From Felis catus (Eukaryota), in assembly GCF_018350175.1 (NCBI RefSeq), contig NC_058368.1:97404001-97468000 (forward strand): a stretch of DNA of 64,000 nucleotides, written 5' to 3'. Each line of letters opens with the position of its first letter. Position 1 is the stretch's first letter. Positions 24,076 to 36,055 of the stretch are shown here, one piece after another. Position numbers and translations under genes: made by a program. The notes beneath the pieces were generated by a model. It made no database searches, was not told the DNA's origin, and saw only the letters and a list, made by a program, of their open reading frames with translations.

Positions 24076-24682
24076 TTTGTGTCTTACTTTGTAGAAAGAC
24101 TTGATGACTATCAAGTTGAACCTTTCTTACTTCACCTCCACCCATCCTAGAAAGCTACCGATCTCTATTTCTACACTTACCATTCCCAAGTCCAATCCCT
24201 CCACCCTTGATTCCTTATCTCATTGGTTTTTGCTCTGTTAAGAATCTTTTAAGCCTTTCTATTTGTGTGCCGAGCTACCTCTTAGACGGGCCTTTCCAAA
24301 GGAAGCATCAACAGAGGGTGTGACAGAAATGAGGTCAGCTAAGCAGTGTGGTCAGACAGCAAGAGGTCTGGGCAGGGCACGATTGCTGACTACTTGGAGA
24401 CTGCAGGGCTTGGCAAGTTTGGGAAACTGAACAGGCTTTAAAGCCTCTTCCCAAGGTAGCAATCAAGGTCAGAGAAGCAAACTAATTAGACTCTTTAGGA
24501 CGGTGGTCCAGAGCGAGAGCTAGAAAGGACTTGTTCCCTGAGTGAAGCCTTGGAAACTACTGCCCTCTTATCTACTTTAGCCCAGGTATCCTCTAGTCAG
24601 CATCTCTCCTTGTCAGAACCTTTGAGATACCAAGGAAATTTAAGTACTTCATAATCTTTAACAAACAAACAAAAAGTTTTTA

Positions 24683-24918
24683 TTTTTTTTTTAATTTTTT
24701 TTTAATTTTTTTTTTCAACGTTTATTTATTTTTGGGACAGAGAGAGACAGAGCATGAACGGGGGAGGGGCAGAGAGAGAGGGAGACACAGAATCGGAAAC
24801 AGGCTCCAGGCTCTGAGCCATCAGCCCAGAGCCCGACGCGGGGCTCGAATTCACGGACCGCGAGATCGTGACCTGGCTGAAGTCGGACGCTTAACCGACT
24901 GCGCCACCCAGGCGCCCC
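24683..24918 (-). mobile_element. Young feline Can-SINE
   Basis: Near-consensus; TSD AAACAAAAAGTTTTTA. Confidence 0.95.
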
Positions 24919-25619
24919 CAAACAAAAAGTTTTTAAAAGAAGTATGGAAGGAAGGAAAGAAAAAAGAAAGAAGGAAATAAGGAAAGAAAAAGAAAGATAG
25001 TCCGTCTTCATGTATTCAAGAGCTCTCAGTGGCCAGTTCAGGTTCAAGGCTTGGCTGGAGAACTCTCTCTCATGGTGGGCTAATTCTTCAGAGCCTTGTA
25101 ATTTTCTTCATTGTTTTCCTCTTTCAGGACTCAGCTTAAGAAAAGGACAGCAAATAGATACCAAAGCAAAGACAATTTACGGATATGGCTGCCAGCCAGT
25201 GAATCCGTACATTCTTCTCGCGAGCTCCTGCAGGTCACCTATGACCTAAATCCTAAACCCAACGCTCTCTTCTTGGACTTAAATTCTTTTATGCTCTGAG
25301 CAGCAAACTTTTTTTTTCCCCCAAGCAACATACTTCTAAAAGCTCCTCCTATGGTTCCTATACGACCTTCCTACTACCTGACTGTATTACAGCAGTTGGC
25401 CCCTGACCACTACTTGATAGTCACTAAGCTTTAGTTCTTGGTTCTCCACTGCTTGCTGTCTTCCTCCCCTCTCCCCTGGAAACCACCTATTTCCTGAGGG
25501 TCAGCTCTTGACAATTACTGAATACCTCTTGGTTTCATATTACCAGCTGTGTAATCATTCCTGAGTTACAATCCCATCTCTCTGTTACCCTGGATGTCCT
25601 ATGATTACTTCAAATACAC

Positions 25620-25812
25620 CTTTTAACTTTCTGTATTTATTCTGAGAGAGAGAGGGAGGGAGGAGGGACAGAAAGAGAGAGAGAATCCCAATCAGGCTCC
25701 ATGCTGTCAGCACAGAGCCCAACATGGGGCTAGAACTCACAAACTGTGAGATCATGACCCGAGCTGAAATCAAGAGTTGGTCGCTTAACCAACTAAGCCA
25801 CCCAGTGCACCT
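25620..25812 (-). mobile_element. Can-SINE
   Basis: TSD ATTACTTCAAAT. Confidence 0.87.
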
Positions 25813-27057
25813 AATTACTTCAAATTCAAACATGAAAATCAGCCTTGGCCTTACCCACTCAAAAAGGCTTGTCCCGCTATTTTCTCCCCATTGTTTTACT
25901 ACATTAGTAAAATGCCAGTTCCTTAGTCACCCAACTCTGTTAATCAGCAGCCTCTCTCCATTCCTATTCTTCTATGAGAAAATTTCAAAATCTCCTAGCC
26001 CTTCTTCTGCAGGATGAAAATTTCCCAGGAAGAAGACTGAAAAAACAAATGTACCATTTTAGACACCAAAGTTCAACATCTACAGTAGAAAGTTAGACAC
26101 GTGTAAAAATACCATCCTATATACTTTTTAAATTTCATTTTTTAATACACAAACTTGATGAGATTTTTTTTCAGAAATATATACAGCATAAGTGTCTTTT
26201 TCATATGTAGCAAAAAGGCATTTCTTTTATCTACCTCGAGTTTTTAACATTCAGAAAGCCAAAGACCCTATTTATTGAAAATCCGTTATTGATTCAGACA
26301 CATGTGCATTAATTAAAGCACAATTTACAACCTGGAGTTCACCTTCTCTCTATGGATGCTTTTGATCCAAGAACTATAATCAAAATCTTTTGCACTGAGA
26401 ATAGGGCAGTATTCTTCTAGAACACAGGGAAAGAAAAGTACTATGGCCATTTGAATCTCTAGCAATTTCAGGTACAGAAATAAGGGTTTGTAGGAAGCTG
26501 TTTACTGAATTTCCTTCCTAAAAACATTTTCTGTTTCTTTCCTCTACTACAAAGAAAAGGAAAAATCAGCAGGTGAAATACATTCCTCATCTCTGCTTTC
26601 TTCTATTTGTTCAGAGCTCTGCCAGATGGTTTTCTGTGGAATTAATTTTCTACCTGGTGTCTATAGTTTTATTATTATTATTTTTTTAATCCTAGTGGCA
26701 GCAACCACGCCAAGTTATATAGAGTTATAGAGAGAGCACTTTTCAGGAATAGTATTCTTGCCTTTTTTCCTATCTGACGTTCTCTCTGCTAATTCACATG
26801 CTAATATTTTCCAAAGATTCAGGAGAGTTGGCACTCTTGTGTGGTTGGAGTGTAAGTTATTCTGTATTAACCTTGGGACTCAAAGTGACAGAAAAAGAAT
26901 TAAAACTCAAACCCACTTAAGAAAAAAAAAAAAAGCAGGTGGGGAAGATTTGGGAATCACGTAATTGGGCAGGAAAGGCACAACACTGGACTGGACCAAG
27001 AGTTCAAGTGAGGTTGTCATGATGTCCTCACAGTTCCTATAAAAATGGAACTTAGCT

Positions 27058-27270
27058 GGGGAGCCTGGGTGGCTCAGTCTGTTAAGCATTCAACTTCAGC
27101 TCAGGTCATGATCTCACAGTTCATGGGTTCAAGCCCATGTCAGGCTCTGTGCTGACAGCTCGGAGCCTGAAGCCTGCTTTGGATTCTGTGTCTCTCTCTC
27201 CGCCCCTCCCTCACATGCACTCTCTCTCTCAAAAATAAATAAACCTAAATTAAAAAAATTTTTAATAAAA
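27058..27270 (+). mobile_element. Can-SINE
   Basis: TSD AAAAT(G/A)GAACTTAGCT. Confidence 0.9.
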
Positions 27271-27989
27271 AAATAGAACTTAGCTCTACTGTTCTCTCTT
27301 TGTTCTTCCCTAAAACACTCAGTCATCATCTAAGCTCAGGGATCCTGGTTCTTTCTTTAAACAATGCAAGAGTTCCCTGCTACCTGCTGCAGAAAAATCC
27401 CAGAGAAGGATCCTGACCCACGCAGCCGGGGTCCGTTCCTGAATCAATTATAGTGGCCAGGGAACCCAAGGTGAGCAGTACTGCCCAGCAATTAAGGGCA
27501 CATAGTCTGGTAGGATTTTGTAGATTTCTGTAATCTACTTCCATTGTACTCTCAGACACTTGCCAGGCTCATAATCCTGTTCTCCTGAGAGCTACCACTG
27601 CTAATCTCCACTACAGGGTAGGGCCCTGGAGCCTAAGCATTGACCAGAGAGAGGCAGTTTAGGTTGTATTCCTTTCATCCATCTCTCTCTAGCATCTGTT
27701 TCTACTTCCCTAGGCAGAAGGAGGAGGGGGGGGTGGTGGTAAAAATAAGGATACACTTAGTCCCCTTTTTCTAAATTTGAGATTATGTGTGAGAGTTCTT
27801 ATGACGCGTTTGTAACTTTCAAGGACTGCTTCTCGGAGAACCATGCTAACCATCAGCAGGAGCTTGGACTTGTGCAGTTGGCCATCACTTTTTCTAGTTT
27901 ATCTTGTGAGGTTGTTTTGCATTCCTAATGTAGTTGTTACTGACAAAATTGTGCTGTTTTTAATAATACTTTTTTTGGGGGGGGGGGCA

Positions 27990-28205
27990 GGTGTTTGGGT
28001 GGCTCAGATGGTTGAGCATCCGACTCTCATTTCAGCTCAGGTCATGACCTCATGGTTTGCGCGTTTGAGCCCAGAGTTGGGCTTTGTGCTGATAGTGCAG
28101 AGCCTGCTTGGGATTTCCTCTCCCTCTCTTTCTGCTCCTCCCTCACTCGTGCTCATGTGTGCAAGCATGCACACTTTCTCTCTCTCAAGATAAATAAATT
28201 ACCAA
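27990..28205 (+). mobile_element. Can-SINE
   Basis: Head, body, AATAAA tail. Confidence 0.85.
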
Positions 28206-28819
28206 AAAATATGCATATATTATTTAGTTAGATATTGGTGGATCGTGTGTGACTCAGCTACACTTACCTTTACGTAGAAATAGCCTCACTTATATGGCAT
28301 AATTAAACGGGCCACTTAAGTGGTTCTTACCTAGACACAGATTGCTTCAAGGGCACTTTGCTATGTTGTCTGAGGCAGAAAAGAGGCTGGTAGTTTCTTT
28401 TGTTGGAAAATTTCATGTTCTACCTCATCAGTTATTCCATAACACATACATGATTGAGTGCAAGCTTAGTTCCTGATAAGTTTGTTTATACTCTAACCGG
28501 AGGGGAAAAAAAATTTTCACCTCTGCACGCAACTTCAGTTTTCTTTGCTCTCAGAATATTTCAGTATTTTGTAATTATTCCTTGCCACGCTTGAGAAACA
28601 TTCCCAACATTTTTGTTCATTAATTTACCTCCTTTACCTCTTCTCACCTTTCTAGCTAGGGGGAAATGGTATGCTCTGAAGATTTCCAAACCTTACTCCC
28701 CATTCTTTCTTCTTTTTTTTTAAGGCCATTTGTTTCTAAGTTTATTTATTTTGAAAGAGAGTGAGTGTGTGCAGGGAGAGGGAGGGGCCGAGAAAGTTTT
28801 GTTGTTTTTTTTTTTAAGG

Positions 28820-31090
28820 CTATTTTTTAGAGAAGTTTTAGTTTCATAGCAAAATTAAGAGGAAGGAACAGAGGTGTTCCAAATAACCCTGCTGTCACAT
28901 GCATAGCTTCTCCATTATAAACATCCTCCACCAGAGTGATACATGTTTTTTAATGTCTGTTTAATTTTGAAACAGATAGAGCAAGGAGGGGAGGGGCAGA
29001 GAGAGAGGGAGAGAGAGACAGAGGATCTGAAGCAGGTTCTGTGATGACAGCAGAGATATGGGGCTTGAACTCATGAATTGTGCGATAACTGGAGCCACAG
29101 TCGAATGCTTAACCGACTAAGCCAACCAGGTGCCCCAGAGTGATAAATTTCTTATAGTTGATGAACCTACACTGACACATAATAATCATCCAAAGTTCAT
29201 AGCTTACCTTAGGTAAGCTTCACATTTTTTTTTTTTTTGGTATATTTGTAAATTAATTTATTATTTATTTACATCCAAGCTGGCATATAGTGCAACAATG
29301 ATTTCAGGAGTAGATTCCTTAGTGCCCCTTACCCATTTAGCCCATACCCCCCTCCCATAACCTGTCCAGTAACCCTCTGTTTGTTCTCCATATTTAAGAG
29401 TCTCTTCTGTTTTGTTCTCCTCCCTGTTTTTATATTATTTTTGCTTCCTTTCCCTTATGTTCATCTATCTGTTTTGTACCTTAAAGTCTTAAGAGTTCAT
29501 TCTTGATGGTGTACATTCTGTAGGTTTGGACATGTATCCATCTTCGTAGTATCATCCAGAGTATTTTCAACGCCCTTTGGAAAAGCCTCTGTGCTCCACC
29601 AATTCATCCCCCACCCTCGATCCCAGGCAATCACTGATCTTTTCGTTGTCTTCATAGTTCTGTTCTTTTCAGAATGTCATTTAGCTGGAATGATACAATG
29701 TGTAGCCTTTCAGACTGGCTTCTCTCACTTAGTAATATGCATTTAAGATGCCTCCATGACTTCTTATGGCTTAATAACTCATTTCTTTTTAGCACTGGCT
29801 AATGTTCCATTGTCTGGATGTGCCACAATTTATTTATTTACCTGTTTATCTCCTGAAGCACATCTTGGTTGCTTCCACGTTGGGCAATTATAAATAAGGT
29901 TATTATAAACATCTGTGTGCAGGATTTTGTGTGGACATGCATGTTCAACTCCTTTGGGTAAATACCAAGGAGCCCGACTGCTGGATCAAATGGTAAGAGT
30001 TTTAGTTTGTAAGAAAGCACCAAACTATTTTCCAATGTGGGACCAATTTGCAGTCCCACTAGCAATGAATGAGAGTTCCTGTTGCTCCATATCCTCACCA
30101 GCATTTGCTGTTGTCAGCGTTGGAGATTTTAGCCATTCTAATAGATGTATAATAATATCTCAAGTTGTTTGTTTTCTTATTGTTGAGTTTTAATAGTTCT
30201 TTGTGTATTTTGGATAACAGTCTTTTATCAGATATGGTTTTTGCATATATTTTCCCCCAGTCTATGGTTCATTTTCTCATTCTTTTGACATGTTTTTCAC
30301 AGAGCAAAAGTTTTTATTTCAATGAAGTCCACCTTATCCATTGTCTCTTTCAGGGATCGTCCCCTTGGTGTTACATTTAAGAAATCAACATCAAACCCAA
30401 GGGCATCTAGGTTTCTCCAATGTTATCTAGGACTTTTATAGTTTTGCATTTCACACTTAGGTCTGTGATCCATTTTTTTCAATGTTTGTTTGTTTGTTTG
30501 TTTATTGAGAGAAACAGACACAGCATGAGCAGGGGATGGGCAAAGAGAGAGAGAGACACAGAATCCGAAGCAGGCTCCAGGCTCCCAGCTGTCAGCACAG
30601 AGTCCAATGCGGGGCTCAGACCCACAAACCATTGTAATGACCAGAGCTGAAGTCAGAGGCTTAACCCAATGAGTCACCCAGGCGCCACGGTCTGTGATCC
30701 ATTTTCGAGTTAGTATTTGTGAAGGGTTTAAGGTGTGTCTAGATTAATTTTTTGCACACCGTTGTCGATTTTTTTTGCATTTGTTGCAAACACTATCTTT
30801 GCCCCATTGTATTGCCTTTACTCCTTTGTCAAAGAGCAGTTGACTATATTTATGTGGGTCTATTTCTGGGCTCTTTATTCTGTCTCTGATTTGTTTGTCT
30901 ATTCTTTTGCCAATACCACATTGTCTTGATTGCTGTATCTTTATAGTAAGCCTTAAAATTGGTTAATGTCAGTCCTCCAACTTTGTTCTTCTTCAATATT
31001 GTGTTCACTGGTTGTGGGTCTTTTTCCTCCCTATAAAACTTTAGAATCAATTTGTCAGTATCCACAAAATAACTTCCTGGGATTTTCATC
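28820..31090 (-). mobile_element. Old LINE-1 (ORF2 C-terminus + 3' UTR) with nested SINEs (28946-29136, 30473-30687) and a younger L1 3' end (about 29225-29490)
   Basis: ORF2-like peptides KNKVGGLTLTNFKAYYK..IKTMWYWQKNRQ and [22 protein letters not shown]. Confidence 0.88.
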
Positions 31091-32219
31091 GGGACAGTCC
31101 CTTTTCTTCATTACTTTTCCAGACTCCATAGCCCTCAAGTTGCTCCTGGTTAAACAAAACCCCCTGCTGCTGTCTCCCATATGGCCTCTCCTTTCTGTAT
31201 GCTCCCCTTTTTTTCCAAACAAAAGCTCACACATATTTTTTACGAAACCAACCTGTTAGTGCAGAAGTATAAAAAAATAAAGAAGCATTCACCAAATAAA
31301 ACATGTCTAGCTGTAAAGATGGTAGTGATTTTTTCAGTGATAGTAAGATGTTAAGTGATCTTGAAACAGCATAAATGAGCGTCATCTCATGTGACTCCTT
31401 AGAGACCCAAATTACTCTTCTCCAATGTTTCCTCTTTGAGTTATACCTGACTCTACTACCAGTTTTCATCCAAATCCACTGGGAAATGGGAAAATTCCAC
31501 TTTTGTTTCTTGGCCAGGAATTGTTTGATCTTCAAAGTCTTGTGAGAAGACACAGCAAAGAACAGCCAAGGGCACACACCACAATGGAAGAGAAAGGGAG
31601 AGAGAGCAAAATCCCGTCTCTCAACTTCTCCTTCCCACTGAAGAAAAGTCCCAATAGGCATGAGGACAGTCACAGTCTGATTAAAGCTGCAACTGATGTG
31701 TGTGACTTACTGGTAATTCCAAGACTTTCCTAGAAATATTTGCCTTTAACCAAGTGAGTATCTACCTAATTGGCTAAGTATCAGGAGTATTTTGGTTGGA
31801 AATGTTGATTTTAACTTTCAACAAAACATGGTCTTTATAGTTTGGGAGTGGGTCAAGGTAAGGAGACCAGCTTTTCTTCCATCATTAGGAAGGGGAAGAG
31901 AAAAGTGTTTGGGGAAGATGGTTCTTCCTACTAGAAAAATCACTGAAGTGACTTACTTAAAGAAGTCATCTCACCTCCCTATCTCTTCTTACCTTGTTAG
32001 CAAGGAGGGAAGTGATAGACTCTGACTGTATTCACTTTGGGATTCAGGGGTCTTTGGAAAACACTTAGAGGGTCTTTGCAGCCCAAGAAATCTGAGTTCA
32101 AATCTTTGGGTGGTGATATGATCCAAATCTAATATGATCTTGGTCAATATGTAGTCTTTTTAAGTTTAGGTTTCTTCATTTATAATACAGAGATATTACC
32201 TTTATAGATTTGTTGAGAT

Positions 32220-32360
32220 TTTTAAATTTTTATCTTTAAAGTAGGCTTTCACACCCAGCATGGAGCCCAATGTAGAGCTTGAACTCATGACCCTGAGATT
32301 AAGACCTGAGCTGAGATCAAGAGTCAGATGCTTAGCTAAGTGAGCCATCCAGGTGCCTCA
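32220..32360 (-). mobile_element. Short Can-SINE
   Basis: Reverse head; TSD TTTGTTGAGATTT. Confidence 0.82.
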
Positions 32361-33149
32361 AGAGTTTGTTGAGATTTAAATGAAATAAATAAAACACGTA
32401 TGACAGTGTACAGTGGGTGTTTAATAAAATAGTAGCTTTTTATAAATAACCGCCCTTTAAATGCTTATGGGTGGAAAATTCCTCAACTGAGCAAGTGAGT
32501 ATGAGCCAAGAGTATTTAATGACAATCTCCAAATTTTAAGAGGTATCAGAATTAATTTTTCTATGGTAACAATATTATAAATGATGATTAGGGTCCTATT
32601 TCATTGCTCAAATATCTATGTAACCTGTAATATCCCTGATAGATTTTGCGATAGCAAGCTTGTTGTTAAAAGTTCAGGCAGGTTCCTGGGGCAGTCAGTG
32701 TCTTAGATGCACCAGAAACCCTCATATTATTTTGATGAAATAGTAAGTTCATAATGCTTGTATGAAATGCCAGCAACACAGTCCCCCTAATTCAGCCTTA
32801 GATATAGGATGAGGGACTTTGTTTACTTCCAACCTCCTTCATCAAGTGAGTGTTGGCAATGGGGTCGGATGTTCCAACTGGTGGCTCTCTTGGCACATGC
32901 ACTGGGAAGGTAGGAAATTTACATTAAGGGTAATGAGAAGGATTTCAGGAAATCAGAGAGTGAAAAACAGGCATGACTGCTTCCCAATCTGAATTGGCTT
33001 CATACATATTCCTTTTTTGCCTCCAAGATCTCAGAGGTTAGCCTGTTTGTTGTTCTTTACACTGTCACCACCCACTGAGTATAAAGAAATTCCTCCTTCC
33101 CCTTTAAAACTAGAACTTCTTCCGCATTGCTCCAAGGTCAGGTGTACTT

Positions 33150-33370
33150 AACTCTGCCTTTGTAGTGTGAAAGCAGCCATAGGTAACACCTAAATGACTA
33201 TGCATGGCTGTATCCCAATAAAACTTTATTTAAGGACATATGAATTTCATGTATTTTCATGTGTCATTAAATATTCTTCTTCTATTCATATATTTTTTTT
33301 TATATTTAAAAATGTAAACAGCATTCTCAATTCTGGGCTGTATAAAACCAGACAAGTAGGCCAGAATTGC
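33150..33370 (+). mobile_element. MER58-like hAT-Charlie element fragment
   Basis: TGTAGTGTGAAAGCAGCCATAG..GGCTGTATCCCAATAAAACTTTATTTA. Confidence 0.7.
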
Positions 33371-33709
33371 AGTAGAAGAAAAAAGATACATTACAAGCAT
33401 TTAGTTGTGTCACTGAAACAGTTCATCTGCTTTATATCAAAGACAGGTTGCTTAACAGGCAATTTAATAAAGTAGTAGAAGTATTTCTGATGAATAAGAA
33501 GCAAAAGAATACCCTTGCTTTTCATCAGATATTGTAGTGCCATAGTTTTAGATAGACTATAACATCCTCAGAACTTTTGTGGTAGTCTTAAGCTTCCCTG
33601 GAAAGTCTGATTTGTGCTGGGGTTTGACACTATTTGGAAAACCTTAGAAAGAGTAAGTGTATGTCAAAAGGTTAAGTTCATTTAATAATAGTAATAATAG
33701 TAATAATGG

Positions 33710-34070
33710 CTAACATCTATTGAATTCTATGGACCAAATACTGTTCTCACTTAATCCTCGTGATAATTAAAAGAAGAAAGTCTACTACTATCTCCCATTC
33801 ATAGTAAAGCACAGAGAGATTAAATAACCTAAGTGAGCAGTAAGGCCAGGATTCAGACTCAGGTAGTCTAACTGAAGGCTGAAGGAATTTAATTAAAACT
33901 AACAGATGTACTGAGTTGCAGGAATGAAAATGTTGTTGATAAATTAAACTTGCTGATTTTACAGATGAGGAAAACGAGTCTGAAAGTTAACAAAAACCCT
34001 TCCAAGGTCACACAGCCAACGTGAGATTAACACTAGATCTCAGATTTCCTAACTACCAGGCCACTGAATT
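33710..34070 (-). mobile_element. Two MIR remnants
   Basis: ATTTTACAGATGAGGAAAACGAG..CCAAGGTCACACAGC and CCAGGATTCAGACTCAGG. Confidence 0.65.
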
Positions 34071-35081
34071 TCTTTTATTCTGCTATACTGCATGCCCTTG
34101 AAAAGTAAAAACTGGGCAGGACAGAATGAGTAAAACATGCTGGGCCAGATACAATTTATGTGGAACACAGAGAAAACGTTATTTAGAGTCTAAATATAAA
34201 ATTAAGTTAAAGCCACCCTGAATAATATTTTAAATTAATAATTAAAATACAGATTAAGTTGTAAAGTATGTCAGACATCAATAAAATAGTTTTTTTAAAA
34301 CAAATTAAGTTTTAAGTCCCTTCTTTTGATAAAGAAACTGGGATAAATAATGGAATTCACCTACATCTGTCAAATTGAAAATGGGAGATGGCTCTTAAAT
34401 TTGGTTTTTAAGTAACTTTTTATTGCAAAATTAAATGTACACATTACAAAACATTTTGGCAAAGCATAAATAAAATTAATACTCCTCCCGTCCAAGTATT
34501 GGTGTGAAAGTGGTTTTTTGTTTTTTTTTTTCACCCCAGCAAAAGGACATAAAAATCAGTTTAGCAGTTTTTAAGAAACTACTCCTTTTAGGTGGAGAGT
34601 TCCTATCTACATTCACTCGTTTAACATTTACTCAACACCTACAGTGGAGCTGGCCCTGAGCCCCACACTCGGAATACAGAGGCGAACCACACAGTCTGTA
34701 CTCAAGAGACTTAAACAGACGGAAGGAGACATATAAACAGACCGTTATCGATAATAACACAAAACCTGTGTCAAAATACACTGAGAGTATCTAGCGGTTG
34801 TAACTGTGACACTAATCATTTTGGAATCCTTGGGTTTTTCCCAAACGCTCAACGCAGGGCTGCTGCAATATTATTATCAGCACTAGTTCAAAACGTAGGT
34901 TAAGGAAAACTTAGCTGAAAACACTCCATTTGAACACTTGTCGAGTATTTAAGTCTTTCAAATTAACCCCGTTTGGTGCGCTGGAAACGCGCGTAAAGCA
35001 GGAGAAACCACACGCCGGGATAACAGATGCTGAACGGGTCACATTTACTTGGAAGTCGACAAGCACCGCCTTAGCGGAGCA

Positions 35082-35104
35082 GTGCCTGTTGGGACTTGTA
35101 GTTT
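35082..35104 (-). promoter_or_regulatory. ZNF143/THAP11-type ACTACAnnTCCCA composite motif
   Basis: Minus strand reads AAACTACAAGTCCCAACAGGCAC. Confidence 0.75.
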
Positions 35105-35448
35105 CTACCAGGACAGAGGACACTGCAGCTCCACTTATAATGCACTTCTCCCTTTCAAGCGTTCTGGCCCGACAGATTAAGCCGTAACCTAAAGCATTTT
35201 TTGACAACTCTCACCTCATTCTGGGCTCACTGGGTTTCTGCTAGGCTCCTTACTTTGGATCAGCTCAGACAGACAGACTCACTTACCAGACTCAACGAGA
35301 TTGGCCTGTCCTCGGTGGTGGGCGGGGCCCTACGTAGACTGGAGCTCGGGATTGGCCAGCATCTGACTAGACGAGACATTTTCGTAGCCACTTGCTGATC
35401 TGTAAACTGTGGTGAAAAAAGTGCGTCCTTTACCGCAGTATCCCTCTT

Positions 35449-35470
35449 CATCGCGGGAAGCCTCGCGATA
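35449..35470. promoter_or_regulatory. Tandem TCGCG (CGCG-element/BANP-like) motifs, one overlapping an E2F-like GCGGGAA
   Basis: CATCGCGGGA and CCTCGCGATA, imperfect matches to TCTCGCGAGA. Confidence 0.45.
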
Positions 35471-35803
35471 TTTCGGCTGAAGGGACTTAGCGACGCGTAG
35501 TGAGCGGCAAAGGCCAGTGGGGGTGACGGGCACCGGAGCCGGGAAGGGACAGGTCAGGCGGTGAAGGCGAGCGCGTGCTGCCTGCGCCACTGGGATCCGT
35601 CAGGGCCAGCCACCCCGAGCCCAGAGGAAGTGTGTGGACGCCGCGGCCCTGCTGGCCGGTGAGTCGGCCCGGGGTCTCGGCCCTTGAGTCGACCCCGAGC
35701 TTCACCTGGGCCTCCCGCTGGCTGTGACAGGTGCGCGGACGAGCGCGGCGCTGCGCCCTCTCGGCGGCCCGCCCCCTCCGGGCCTTGCCCGCCAGGGCTC
35801 GGG

Positions 35804-35890
35804 ATGAACTGCGGGCCCCGGCTGAGCGGCTCCGGCTCCTGGCGCCTGTCGCTGCCTCCGTCGCCGCCCAAGAGCGGCCGCCGCCCCTAA
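35804..35890 (+). other. Upstream ORF 1 (28 aa, MNCGPRLSGSGSWRLSLPPSPPKSGRRP*)
   Basis: ATG in GGGATGA context to TAA; same frame as DMXL1 CDS; only relevant if the TSS lies upstream of 35804. Confidence 0.5.
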
Positions 35891-35926
35891 GGGAAGGAGG
35901 GAGGGAAGCGGCCGCCGACCCTGGGC

Positions 35927-35959
35927 ATGAGCCGGACGCGGCGTCCGTTGCTGGAATAA
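35927..35959 (+). other. Upstream ORF 2 (10 aa, MSRTRRPLLE*)
   Basis: ATG in GGCATGA context, TAA ends 9 nt before the main ATG, same frame as CDS. Confidence 0.65.
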
Positions 35960-35968
35960 GACGCAGAC

Positions 35969-36055
35969 ATGAACCTGCACCAGGTGCTGACCGGGGCTGT
36001 GAACCCTGGCGACCACTGCTTCTCCGTGGGCAGCGTCGGCGACCAGCGCTTCACG
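35969..36055 (+). CDS. DMXL1: DMXL1 coding exon 1 (MNLHQVLTGAVNPGDHCFSVGSVGDQRFT)
   Basis: Translation matches the N-terminus of mammalian DMXL1 as I recall it; lies in a CpG island; ends at ACG|GTGAGT donor, 87 nt, phase 0. Confidence 0.96.

Noticed and set aside
28249..28258. ARE/NRF2-like GTGACTCAGC
   Set aside because: Single short motif in isolation, expected by chance in 64 kb.
31227..31733. 148-aa minus-strand and 76-aa plus-strand ORFs in unique sequence
   Set aside because: No recognisable domain, splice context or processed-pseudogene hallmarks.
35515..35535. CLEAR/TFEB or SREBP site in a lysosome-related promoter (GTGGGGGTGACGGG)
   Set aside because: Does not match GTCACGTGAC or the exact SRE; only a TGACG half-site.
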